DNA of 64,000 nt from the human T2T-CHM13v2.0 reference genome, Homo sapiens, in NCBI RefSeq assembly GCF_009914755.1, contig NC_060943.1; one strand, 5' to 3'. The notes beneath the pieces were generated by a model. The model searched no databases. It saw nothing but the letters and a program-made list of their open reading frames with translations, and was not told the origin of the DNA. Below are positions 1 through 14,257 of the stretch, one piece after another (position 1 is the stretch's first letter; every line of letters starts with the position of its first letter). The position numbers and the translations under genes were made by a program.

Positions 1-211
1 GTTGAAGGTATGTGAGTTTGACCGTGATCCTTAAATAGCAGCACAGACCCATTTGCAAACCGTGGATTGATGTGGCCCCAGCGGAGCAGGGGAGACGGAG
101 ATGCAGGGGGGGTGTTGTGTGCTTGGTGGAGGGACTGGGTTCTGCAGGCTGGGACGGCCTTCCCGGTCCTGGACCCCCAGTCAGTGTTTTTCTGCCCGCC
201 TGTGCCTCTAG

Positions 212-301
212 GTCCCAGCCGTCGGTTCAAGCGAGTGGTGGAGACCATCCAGGCACAGCTCCTGAGCACTCATGACCAGCCCTCCGTGCAGGCCCTGGCA
301 G
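212..301 (+). CDS. BRSK1: BRSK1 penultimate coding exon ([30 protein letters not shown])
   Basis: ctag|GT acceptor, G|gtgggt donor, 90 nt, phase 1/1; peptide recognised as the BRSK1/SAD-B C-terminal region. Confidence 0.93.
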
Positions 302-376
302 GTGGGTGGTGGGGCCGTGGGTGGTGGGGGGCGTGGGTGGCGGGGGGCGTGGGTGGCGGGGGCGGTGGGTGGCGGG
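301..376 (+). repeat. G-rich imperfect tandem repeat (~15-bp GTGGGTGGCGGGGGC units) at the BRSK1 5' splice site
   Basis: Visible repeats of gtgggtggYggggg; G4-capable. Confidence 0.75.
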
Positions 377-917
377 CAGAGGTCCAGCATGAGCAGGTGC
401 TCTGGGGTTTGGTTTGCAGAGGACGCCCAGCTGGTGGGCTCCTTCACCATTGTCGTAGCTGAGGTCTTATCTGCAGAGTTGTGAGCAGGTTCCCCGAGAG
501 GCTGGGGCCTGAGGAGGGTCTCCTTAGCAACCTGAGGACTGGCTCCCAGGAGTCCCTAAGAAGATGACAGGCTCTGTGTTGGGGGTCAGGGAACATCCTG
601 CCAACAGAGGTTCTGGACCTCTGTCCAGGAGGACGGTGACCCACCGTCCTGGTTTGCTTGGGACTGAAGGGTGTTTCTGGGATGCAGGGCTTTGAGTCTA
701 AACCCAGGACAAATTGGTCACCATCTTTGCAGGTCTCACAAGTCACCTCACCCTGGGGCTAGGGCCTAATGGTCCCTAGCAACCAGAATTCTAAGCTGAG
801 TTCATGGGAATGTGCAAGATCTTGCTCTGGGGAATCCGGCCTTCCCGGGCTCCCAGTCCTGGTCATCAAAGACTCAAATTCTCTAGCAATCAGGAGAGCA
901 GAGGGTTTGTTGCAAAG

Positions 918-1270
918 GTGTCTTAGTTCGTTCAGGCTACTATAAGAAAATACCATACACTGGGCAACTTACAAATAACAGAAATTTATTGCTGACAATT
1001 CTGGAGGCTGGGAAGTCCAAGATCAAGCTGCCAGCAGCGTTGGTGCCTGGTGAGAGCTGCTTCCTGGGTCACAGACAGCACGTTGGTGCTGTGTCTTCAC
1101 ATGGCAGAAGGGGCAAGGGAACTCTCTGGGGCCTCTTTCCTAAGGACACTAATCCCATTCATGAAGGCCCCACCCTCATGACCTCATCACCTCCTAACAT
1201 AACCTCCTAATACCATCACCTTGGGATTGGGTTTCAGCACATGAATTTGGGAGGATGCAGTGTTCAGTAG
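918..1270. mobile_element. MaLR LTR (MLT1A/MST-like)
   Basis: tgtcttagt..., aacagaaatttatt, ctggaggctgggaagtccaagatcaag, cactaatcccattcatga are typical MaLR LTR motifs. Confidence 0.75.
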
Positions 1271-1599
1271 AGAGCATAAGGGGCACTCGCCCAAGCAACC
1301 AGAGGTAGCCAGAATTCTCAAGGGAAGAGAGCGCCTGCCCTGGAAATCAGCCCTCATTCCTGAGACACGGGGTCACAGGGGACACAGTGAAACAGGGTAC
1401 TGGGCCCCATTGCAGGGCACGTGGACAGCCGTCTGCTCTGAGGGGAGTCAGGCAGCATCAGCCTCACAGGACCCATGCCCCTTCCTGGACCCCTGGACCC
1501 CGTTGAAAGGAAACGGCCCAGCGTTGAGGCCAGGAGCCAGGGCAGCTTTGGCCTTGTCACCAGAAACTCTGAGTCCCAGGGTCAGGTCTTTTGCTCTGG

Positions 1600-2260
1600 A
1601 GCCGTGGTTCTCAACTAGGGGAGCTGGTTTCACCCCGTGTTTGTTTTCTATGGCCGCCGTCAACAAATGACACAGCCTTGGTGGCTGAAACAACACAAGT
1701 GATTTTCGTACAGTCCTGGAGGTCAGAAGTCCCACATGGTCTCTGCAGGCTAACAGGGTGCCTGGAGGGCTGCACCTGGAGGCTCTCTGGCAGAGACTGT
1801 TTCCTTGTGTGTTCCAGTTCCTAGGCGCTCTGGTTAAGGCCCGTTCCTCCATCTTCAAAGCCAGTGACGCCATATATCCCTCTGACTGACCTTAGCTGGG
1901 AAAAGGTGACTCAGTGGGACCTGCACAGATACTCCAAGATAATCCCCCAACTCGTGGTCCCTCACCTTCCCCACAGCACAGGATCTCTTCTGCTGCATCA
2001 AGAAACATAGTCACAAGTTCTCGGTATTTGCATGTGGACATCTTTGGAGGGGGCCGTTATTCAGCCTAGCCCAACCCCCTAGGGACATTTAGTAATGTCT
2101 GGAGACATTTTTCCTCCCCTCAACTGGGGAAAACAGGGGGATGCCAATGGCCTCTTGTAGGTGGAGGCCAGGGATGCTGTAAAACACCCTACAATTCACA
2201 GAACAGCCCCCCACGACAGCTGGGTCCCAAATGGCAGTCGTGCTGAGGTGCAGAAACCCT
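1600..2260. mobile_element. MER20 (hAT) DNA transposon split by an MLT1-type LTR (~1636-2075)
   Basis: gtggttctcaac start; resumes at ggacatttagtaatgtctggagacattttt...gtggaggccagggatgctg...gaaaccct; insert carries the MLT1 motif ctggaggtcagaagtcc. Confidence 0.65.
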
Positions 2261-2484
2261 CTTTTCTCATGGTTGCTAGGGGCAACCGGAAAGCAAATTA
2301 GGTCCACTGGACCCCGTTGCCAAGGAAAGCTGGCCTCAGCAACCAGGGGTCTCAAAACGGGCACACCCTGGAAGATGTAGGACTAACAGGCACCCTGGGG
2401 GGCTCAGCCACCGTCTCATAAAGGAGAATGGGGTGGGGGGTGCAGGCCTCCGAGTCACCGTGGTTGCTATGACAAGCCCCCCAG

Positions 2485-2787
2485 TTTTTGTTTTTGTTTT
2501 TTTGAGACAGAATCTCCCTCTGTCGCTCAGGCTGGAGTGCAGTGGCGCGATCTCAGCTCACTGCAACTTCCACCTCCCGGGTTTCAAATGATTCTCCCGC
2601 CTCAGCCTGTCGAGTAGCTGGGATTACAGGTGCGTGCCACCACACCCGGCTAATTTTTGTATTTTTAGTAGAGACGGGGTTTCACCATGTTGGCCAGGCT
2701 GGTCTCAAACTCCTGACCTCAAGTGATCTGCCTGCCTCAGCCTCCCAAAATGCTGGGATTACAGGCATGAGCCACTGCGCCCGGCCC
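2485..2787 (-). mobile_element. Alu (AluS-like)
   Basis: Full Alu consensus in antisense with T-rich tail. Confidence 0.95.
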
Positions 2788-3435
2788 ACTCAGTTTCTCT
2801 TAAAAGAAAAACGAGGTCTCCGCCACGGGACCTCAGGTAACATCCTAGGCCCCATGGAAATTGCTGGAGACCACCCAGCAACCAGTGTTTCCACCTCAGT
2901 CCCCAAGAGGAGGTGGCCTCAGGACCCAGGAGACAGTGACCTGAGTGAGGCTGGCCCAGCATGAGGGGCCTGAGACCCCCCCGACTCCACCAGTAGGCTC
3001 CCTTGAGCCCAGTTCCATGGAACATTTCTCCCTAACAACCAGGGTAGGAGAGAGTCGGGGGGCCCCTCTTGCTGTGAACGTTGAGCACCGTCCTGGCAGG
3101 CTGTTTCCTAGCGAACAGTATCATAACCAGAATCTGAGAGTCTCCTAAAGTCAGGCCCGGCCCAGGCCCCCTTGGACTAACCTGGCCCCAGGGTTGCAGG
3201 GGGCATAGGGTGCAGCCCCCGTCCTAGGGGAGTCAGGCCTTGCCACTTGGGGTGTGTCCTCCGAGTAACCAATTCAAGGCCAGGTGCTGGACGGACTGGG
3301 CCTTATCAGGGATTGGAGCTAGAGCCTCGGGGTTACTGAGACCGACTGATGAGGAGACTCTGCCCCCATCCCCTGGTAATGGGAACCCCAACCCTGGGCT
3401 GCGGAACCCACGAAAAACCTCTTCCTCCCTTGCAG

Positions 3436-3593
3436 ACGAGAAGAACGGGGCCCAGACCCGGCCTGCTGGTGCCCCACCCCGAAGCCTGCAGCCCCCACCC
3501 AGCCGCCCAGACCCAGAGCTGAGCAGCTCTCCCCGCCGAGGCCCCCCCAAGGACAAGAAGCTCCTGGCCACCAACGGGACCCCTCTGCCCTGA
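3436..3593 (+). CDS. BRSK1: BRSK1 last coding exon (DEKNGAQTRP...LLATNGTPLP*)
   Basis: ttgcag|AC acceptor in phase with the previous exon; TGA at 3591-3593; recognised C-terminus. Confidence 0.95.
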
Positions 3594-4056
3594 CCCCACG
3601 GGGCCGGGGAGGGAGGGGACCCCCCTCCACCCCCCTTCCGTGCCCCCCAACTGTGAATCTGTAAATAAGGCCCAAGGAACATGTCGGGAGGGGGGTGGAC
3701 ACAAAAACCGGCCTTGCCCTGCAGGGATGGGGCTCCACAGGCCGTGCCCAACTGGGGGTGGTTCTAGGGGAACAGGGGGCGGGGGAGCTGTTTCTATTTT
3801 ATTTATTGATTAATTTATTATTTTATTTATTGATCAATCTCTCTGCGGGGTGGGGTGGGGGAGGGACGGGAGCTGGTTGGGGTGGCTTAGCAGATCCGGA
3901 CAGGGCCCTCTGTCCCTGTGTCGTCCCCAACCCCCTCTTCCCGGGCCCCTCCTCCCCTGGTCCTCCCCCCACGACCTTCTGTACGGATTTGCTCTCCGGA
4001 AGGAATTCTGGTTTCGCGTGATCCTGCCTGCGTCCGTGTCTCTGATTCCGCCGGCG

Positions 4057-4090
<34 letters not shown>

Positions 4091-4097
4091 TAATAAT

Positions 4098-4103
4098 AAT
4101 AAA
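4098..4103 (+). terminator. BRSK1: BRSK1 polyadenylation signal AATAAA, just after a genomic A30 run (4059-4088)
   Basis: Canonical hexamer ~500 nt after the stop; AU-rich tract at 3791-3831 in the 3'UTR. Confidence 0.75.
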
Positions 4104-4368
4104 TAGCCTTGATCAGGGACAGCTGGCTGGCCTTGGCCTCTCGATTCCTGGGTGCCCAGTTGCAGGGGCAGGGCCCGAAGGCGGGGACGGGGATGCTGGC
4201 TGCCACCAGCTGTTCAGAGGCCCTCCGCTCCGGCTCCAGGTCAGTCAGCGGCAGCCCCAGCTGGTTGGAGAGATCTCCAGTGGCTCATCTTGCTGGGTGC
4301 GGGGCACTGGGATTGGCCCCATCTTTCCTGCTTCACTGGTGAGGGCAAGGCCCGGGTCAGGGTGCCTG

Positions 4369-4565
4369 CTACAGCTGGACCGGCAGGGAGATGGGGGAGG
4401 CCGGCGGGGGGCTGAGGCTGGGCCACGGCTGAACACACAGGGTGCAGCTCTCCAGGGCGGAGAAGTCAACGGCGAAGAGACCGAAGAGCGCGAACAGCAG
4501 CATGGCCACGACCCACTCGCAGGCCGCAGAGACGCTACGCAGCGAGCAGGCGTGGAGGACGATCA
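4369..4565 (-). CDS. TMEM150B: TMEM150B last coding exon (MIVLHAC...SPISLPVQL*)
   Basis: gcag|TG acceptor, TAG at 4369-4371; hydrophobic TM segment with the EW motif of the DRAM/TMEM150 family. Confidence 0.92.
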
Positions 4566-5414
4566 CTGCCCCAGGGTCAAGGGCCACACTGCTACCGTGA
4601 CAGACGCGGAGCCCGGCCTGGTCTCTGTGCCGCCTCGCGCTGGGCGGAGGCCGTCTCTGGGTGTCCCCATCCTCAGCTCTCCCCTTCCCCCGTAGCTCCT
4701 CACAGACGGGGCCTCGCCTTGGTCTCCAATGCTCTCCAGCCGGTCTCCATCTCAAGCTGCTTGCACATGCTTTCCTTTGCGTGCACCCCCGTTACTATTG
4801 CAATCCTAATATCCTGAAATGTTTCTGTCTCCCTTCCCTGACCCAGGGAAGGGCCTGGTTGCCTCCCTACTTGTCCAGGACATCCAGCTGCCATTGCTCC
4901 TGCCTGTAAACATGCATGGTTTCCTAAATACGCCTCCCTCCCTGCCGCCAGCCTCGGACTGTGTTTTGCAACTTTCTCCTGAACATCCACCCCGCTACCC
5001 ATGGCCTACAGGCCCTTCCTGCTCACTCCCAGAGCCTAATCTCTTCCCTGTAAAATCTGTTTCTCTGAGTGTCCCCTCCTCCACGACAACTCCACCATCC
5101 ACTCATGTGCCCCAGCAGACACTCCCCCGGCCCTCTCTTCATCCTTCTTGGCCAGCTGGTCACCCCAAGTCTTGTCCTATCTGCCTTACCCATCTCTCTC
5201 CAGCCCTCTCCTCATGTCTTGTGCCTTTCTCTCCTGGTCTGTCCCGTCCCTCCTCTGGTTCTCGCACCCTGCTAGCTCCTTAAGACCTTTTTCTGCTCTG
5301 CCAGCCCCTGCAGACTCCAGGCTCCAGCCTAGTAGAGACAGCATTTGTTTTCTGGAACTTCTCTCACTGGAGCTGCTCACCACTTCACCCCTCCCAGACA
5401 GCTTATTCCATTCA

Positions 5415-5836
<422 letters not shown>

Positions 5837-6527
5837 CGTAAACTTCCTATGGCTCTCTATCACCCCCAGGCAGAAACCCAAGCCTCTGATCCCTAATTTT
5901 AGAGAATCCTCAGCCCTGGCCCTGCCAGCAGCCTCACTCCTCCCTGGGCTGGTCTTTCTGCTTGGTGCGTGTACCTGCAGTGTGCCCTCAACCTCCCAGC
6001 CCACGAGCAGCTCCTTCTGCAAGGCCAGGCTCAGAATCCGGCCAGGCTCAGGCCCGTCTTTACAGACGTCCATCCCTTACGACACTCAGCTAGCTGTCTT
6101 TATGGTTCCCTCCCCCACCTACCCCACCCAAGAGACTACTGAGTCCCACAGAATGAAGGCCCCTGTGGCTAAACTGATCATCAGGGCTAGTTTAGAAGAT
6201 CTGGGCTGGATCTTATCACCATCAGGGCCCCTGCAAAGGAGACCTAATGGTCTCATACCCCAAGTCACTATAGGCCGGGCTGAGGGGCCAGCCCTCTCAA
6301 CTATTTTGTGAAGATACACTTTGTCACTCCAGGAAATACGATCACCATTTCCATTTTGCTGAGAAAATTTCCAAGAAACGGATGCACTTAATACAACCAA
6401 CACAGGGCCTTAGCTGGTTTCTCTGTACTCTCTTCTGAATGCCTGCACACTCTGGGCCTCCCCACAAATGAGAAAGACCCCCCAAGGCTGGGTTTTCAGC
6501 CCCTCCTTTCTCTCACTCTACACTCTA

Positions 6528-7613
<1,086 letters not shown>

Positions 7614-8305
7614 TCATGTGGTGTGCTAGTAAATGTTTAACAACTGGCTCTGGTTGGTGGCATCTGCCAATTACAGTGGTATAAATACTCCCATGATGGC
7701 TATTTCAAGCTACTCACATGATATCACAGGACATGGAGTTCGGACGAGCAGTTCACAGAATGCCTCTCAGAGCCTGCGCAAGCCACCTGCAGCCTATCAC
7801 CAGCTCCATTGCAGAACCTCACGCGCATCCTGGCCGAAAGACTTTTCCTGTCTGAACCCGTCTTCACTCGTAACCACCACCATGATTCCTGGCACAGAGC
7901 AGGTGCCCTCAAGGGACTGTTCTTAGTATATCATTCTTCCAGCGTCTATTGGTCACTCGCTATGTGCCAGGCACAGATCTAAGCACCGTATGCCTATTAT
8001 CCTATCCACTCCACAACCCTGAGGTCAGCCCTGTCGTTATCCACATTTGAGGGATGACGAAACCATTGACACCGAGAAGTAACAGCCCGCGGAAGTTTCC
8101 CCCAGCTGCTGTGTGGAGGACAGGGGCTTCCAACCTGGGCAACCTGACCCCGAAGTCGGCATTCTCGATGACAAAGCCATAATCCTGTGCAAAGAGTGAG
8201 GCCCAGAGAAAGGAAGAGACATCCCCAGTGACAGACAGCCAGGCAGGAAGACCAACTCCAGTGAAGAGCCACCTCCAAGCCCTACCCCGGATACAAGAAG
8301 GATAC

Positions 8306-8486
8306 TGGCCACAATGAGGATGGTGCAGACGCTGCAGAGGCCCAGGCGGAGGGGCCCAATCCAGGCAGCCCCGGGCTGGGGCAGCCTCTTCAGCCTCCAC
8401 AGGAGGAGCTGCAGCCAGAAGTAGACGTTACCCAAGATGAAGGCAAGGAAGGCCCCTGCCAAGTGCGTAGGCCGCTGGTTCTTTTC
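8306..8486 (-). CDS. TMEM150B: TMEM150B coding exon 5 (EKNQRPTHLAGAFLAF...ILIVA)
   Basis: cccag|GAA and A|gtatcc; 181 nt; phases fit. Confidence 0.92.
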
Positions 8487-8883
8487 CTGGGAGGAGAAGG
8501 GAGAAGTTGGGAGGGAGACTCTGGGAAGGAGGGTAAGGGGCACCAGAGGGGCCAGGGCCCTTCACCAATGCAGTAGACAGTGGTCACCAACTTTCCATAC
8601 CCAGTGATGGGCTTATTAAGCACATCAGCTATTGTCAGCTCCACGAGAGCAGGCATTGAAATCTGTTGTTCACTGCTGTGGCCTCAATTCCTAGAACAGT
8701 GATGGGCACATAGTAGATGCTCAGTAAATATGAGTGGGATAAATCTTGCATTCTCAAGGCGGGGGACAGACATTTCCCCAAAAATTGGTCTTGCAGGTGA
8801 AAAATTCTTAAATATTACAATTGTATGTGACTCACGGATACATAGCACATATTCCATTAAAATTTTAAAATACTTAAAATTTC

Positions 8884-11263
<2,380 letters not shown>

Positions 11264-11552
11264 CAGTAATTTCATCATTAAATAAGCTGGGGAGAGGGGC
11301 TGGCAGAAAATTATCCCAACGTCCTGGAAGTCAACGAAGTCCTACATACAAACAGCCTCGATCGTAGTGCCCCACTCAGAGAGCAAAGGAATCCAGCCGG
11401 TCCAAGGCCACTGGCCAGAGAAAAATACAAGTCCCAGGAGGGCCGGGCGGGAACCAGCCCCCGAGACAATAAGCCTATGGCCACGGGGCATGCTGGGAGT
11501 TGTAGTTCCAGACGCCGGCCGGGACAGACCCTGGGCGCCGACTGGGTCTCAC

Positions 11553-11680
11553 CTGGAAATTGCCTACCACGGAGGTGCCCAGGGCACACAGAAGACCCGT
11601 CCATAGGATCAGCTGGTTAGGCCACCTTCTGACGCCCCAGTCCCGGAGCTGGTGGTAACGGACAATGCAGATCCACGCGG
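11553..11680 (-). CDS. TMEM150B: TMEM150B coding exon 4 (AWICIVRYHQL...VVGNFQ)
   Basis: cccag|CC, CAG|gtgaga; GNFQ family motif; 128 nt. Confidence 0.93.
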
Positions 11681-11904
11681 CTGGGAGTAGAGGGGAGAAG
11701 GAAGTGGGAGGGAGACCCACCAAGAACTCCTGGGACCCAGGGAGGGAAGTGAGGGGAGCAAGGTGAGGGAGAAAGTGGCAAACTCCCGGATTTTGGGGAA
11801 AGAGGGGCCTGGGGCATGGACTCCTGGGTTTGAGAAAGGAGCGGTTTCGGAACTCGCTTGGCTGGGCTGGGGAGCACTGAACCAAAGGGCTGGGCAATAT
11901 TTAC

Positions 11905-11972
11905 CCAGAGCAGCTCCCATATTGAGCACCTGGCTGAAGATGCAGCTCTGAGGGGGGAAGGATCCGCAGATG
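11905..11972 (-). CDS. TMEM150B: TMEM150B coding exon 3 (ICGSFPPQSCIFSQVLNMGAAL)
   Basis: cccag|C, G|gtaaat; 68 nt; PP.SC.F motif. Confidence 0.93.
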
Positions 11973-12071
11973 CTGGGGAAGACAAAGGGGTCATCCTGGG
12001 CAATCCAAGCTAGGGCCTCCACTTTCCTGCAGCGGCGATCCCCCCAAATCCCTACCCTCGGGCAGAATTAC

Positions 12072-12131
12072 CTGATGTAGGGAAAGCCTTTACTGAGGTC
12101 CACAGTCCTGTTGGTCACTGCAATGGCAAAA
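12072..12131 (-). CDS. TMEM150B: TMEM150B coding exon 2 (FAIAVTNRTVDLSKGFPYIS)
   Basis: cgtag|T, AG|gtaatt; 60 nt; PYIS motif. Confidence 0.92.
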
Positions 12132-12204
12132 CTACGGAGGAAATCAGAGTGAGTGGGCGACTCTCACCAACAACTTTTCCTTCTGTTAACCAAACAAACA
12201 AGGA

Positions 12205-12462
12205 CTTCTAGCCCCCTCCACCCTCAGACCAGGAGTCCAGGCCCCCAGCCCCTCCTCCCTCAGACCCAGGAGTCCAGATCCCCCAGCCCCTCCTCCCTCA
12301 GACCCAGGAGTCCAGACCCCCAGCCCCTCCTCCCTCAGACCCAGGAGTCCAGGCCTCCAGCTCCTCCTCCCTCAGATCCAGGGATCCAGGCCCCCAACCC
12401 CTTCCTCCCTCAGACCCAGAAATCCAGGCCCCAGCCCCCTCCACCCTCAGACCCAGGAGTCC
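12205..12462 (+). repeat. MSR1 minisatellite (~37-bp unit CCCAGCCCCTCCTCCCTCAGACCCAGGAGTCCAGGC), about 7 units
   Basis: Tandem units visible; MSR1 is known to be concentrated on 19q13. Confidence 0.88.
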
Positions 12463-12482
12463 ATCATGCCTCTGACACTCAC

Positions 12483-12550
12483 ACGATCCAGACGCCAGAG
12501 ATAGCCCAGACAGCTAGGAAGACAGGCATCAGCGACAGGTAGCCCCACAT
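12483..12550 (-). CDS. TMEM150B: TMEM150B first coding exon (MWGYLSLMPVFLAVWAISGVWIV); total CDS 702 nt = 233 aa
   Basis: ATG at 12550, GT|gtgagt donor; likely acceptor cttcag| at 12607. Confidence 0.92.
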
Positions 12551-13766
12551 GCCGGGCTCTGCAGGTGAAGGAGCGGGGCTGAGGCTGGACACCTGTCTCT
12601 CTCACACCTGAAGAACCAGCCCTCAAGGAGGGCCCAGGTGCATGAGATTGTGGCCCCAACCACTAGGCCCCGCTTGGCTCTCAGGCAGAAGTCACCTGTA
12701 AGGGTCTGATCTGATTGGCCAGCTCTCCATTTCCAGGCAATTTCCCCACCTATCCCGCAGTGTTCAACCCTATCTCACGCATTCTCCTGCTTGAGGAATT
12801 TCTCCCTGTCCTCCCAGCCCCTCCTTGCACCTCCCAGCCTCTCCTTGCACCTCCCAGCCTCCAGGACCTCCTGGAGATGCTCACCTCTCCAAGATCCCTG
12901 GGGCTCTCAGTCCTGGGACTGGGGCTGGGTGAGCTTAGGGAAGAAGGGCTGGCATTCGGGATGGGGCTCAGACAGGCCAAGGCAGAGGCAAAGTCCCAGC
13001 TGGAGCGCTGGAGGGCTGCCTGGGGTCTTAGGTCTGACCAACACTTCCTGAGGGGCTCTCTACCTCCAAACCGCCATGTCCTCCCTCCTCAGAACCTAGC
13101 AGGCAGCACCTTAGCTTCAGGGGCCCCTAACTTCCTTCCTCCAGCTTTGTGGGTTCAACGTCCAAAGTCTCAGCCCTTCCCTCCCCAGGAACCAGGAATC
13201 TGAGCCTCCAGCTCTCTCCAGCCTGGAAGACCCAGAATTCCGGGGCCCCAGTTCCTCCTAGAATACAGATATTCTTCTCCAGCTCCTGATGTCCAACCTC
13301 CCAGCTCTTACCTACTCGGGTACCCAAGAGTGAGGGCCTCAGGTCGGCCTGCTCTCTGGGTGAAGCTTCTGTTTTGGGGCTGGGAGATATGGAGCACTGA
13401 CAACCCTGCCTCCTCCCCTCCACTCTCCTTCCTCTCACCCTTCTCCTTTTGCCTGCTGGAGTTCCCCAGGCAGGCTGAGCATGGGTGGGAAGGGAGCTTT
13501 CAGCGATGACATCTCCATCCGAAAATTCCCCCAGCCAGACAAAGACTGCTCCTGCCGCCTGACCCTTTTCCTTCTCTCTCCCAACAGCCATCTTCAGCTT
13601 CTGACCTCCTCCTGGCTTGGTATTTAGGGATTTGGAGTCATGGCCTCTTCCTTCTTCCCAGGACCCAGGAGTCCAGTCCCTCAGCCCCTCCTCCCTCAGA
13701 CCCAGGGTCAGACCTCTAGGCCCTCCTTCCTTAGACTCCGGAGTCCCTCCTGCCTCTGACACTCAC

Positions 13767-13832
13767 GAGGTCCAGACCCCAAGATAGCCCAGCCAGCAGG
13801 GACAGGGACAGGTAAGCCTCACATGCTGGGCT
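13767..13832 (-). pseudogene. Degenerate duplicate of the TMEM150B first coding exon (ATG TGA, indels)
   Basis: Aligns by eye to 12483-12558; TGG->TGA at codon 2; gtgagt donor retained. Confidence 0.8.
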
Positions 13833-14161
13833 CTGCAGGAGAATGAGAGGGGCTGAAGCTGGGCCCCTCTCGCTTTCCTCTTTCTCTCTCCTCCCCTTCG
13901 CACCTGAAGAACCAGCCCCTTGGGGAGGGCCCAGGTGCATGAGATTGTGGCCACGGCCTCTGGGCCCCCATTGGCTCTCAGGCAGACGTCACGGGTGGGG
14001 GTCTGATCTAATCGGCCAGCTGTCCTCCACTCCAAGCAATCTCTTCACCTGTTTCAGTGTTCAGTCCTAGCTCACACATTCTCCTGCTTGGGGAGTTTCT
14101 CCCTGCCCTCCCAGCCCCTCCGTGCACCTCCCAGCCTCCAGGGCCTCCCCAGGATGCTCAC

Positions 14162-14257
14162 CTCTCCAAGCTTCCTGGGGCTCTCAGTCCTGGAGCTGGG
14201 GCTGGGTGAGCTCAGGGAAGAAGGGCTGGCATTCGGGGTGGGGCTCAGGCAGACATC
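14162..14257 (-). other. TMEM150B: Probable TMEM150B non-coding 5'UTR exon (96 nt)
   Basis: ctttgcctctgcag|G acceptor and GAG|gtgagc donor. Confidence 0.6.

Noticed and set aside
3850-4695. 281-aa + strand ORF with poly-Lys
   Set aside because: Runs through the BRSK1 A30 tract and polyA signal and antisense to a TMEM150B exon; non-ATG start
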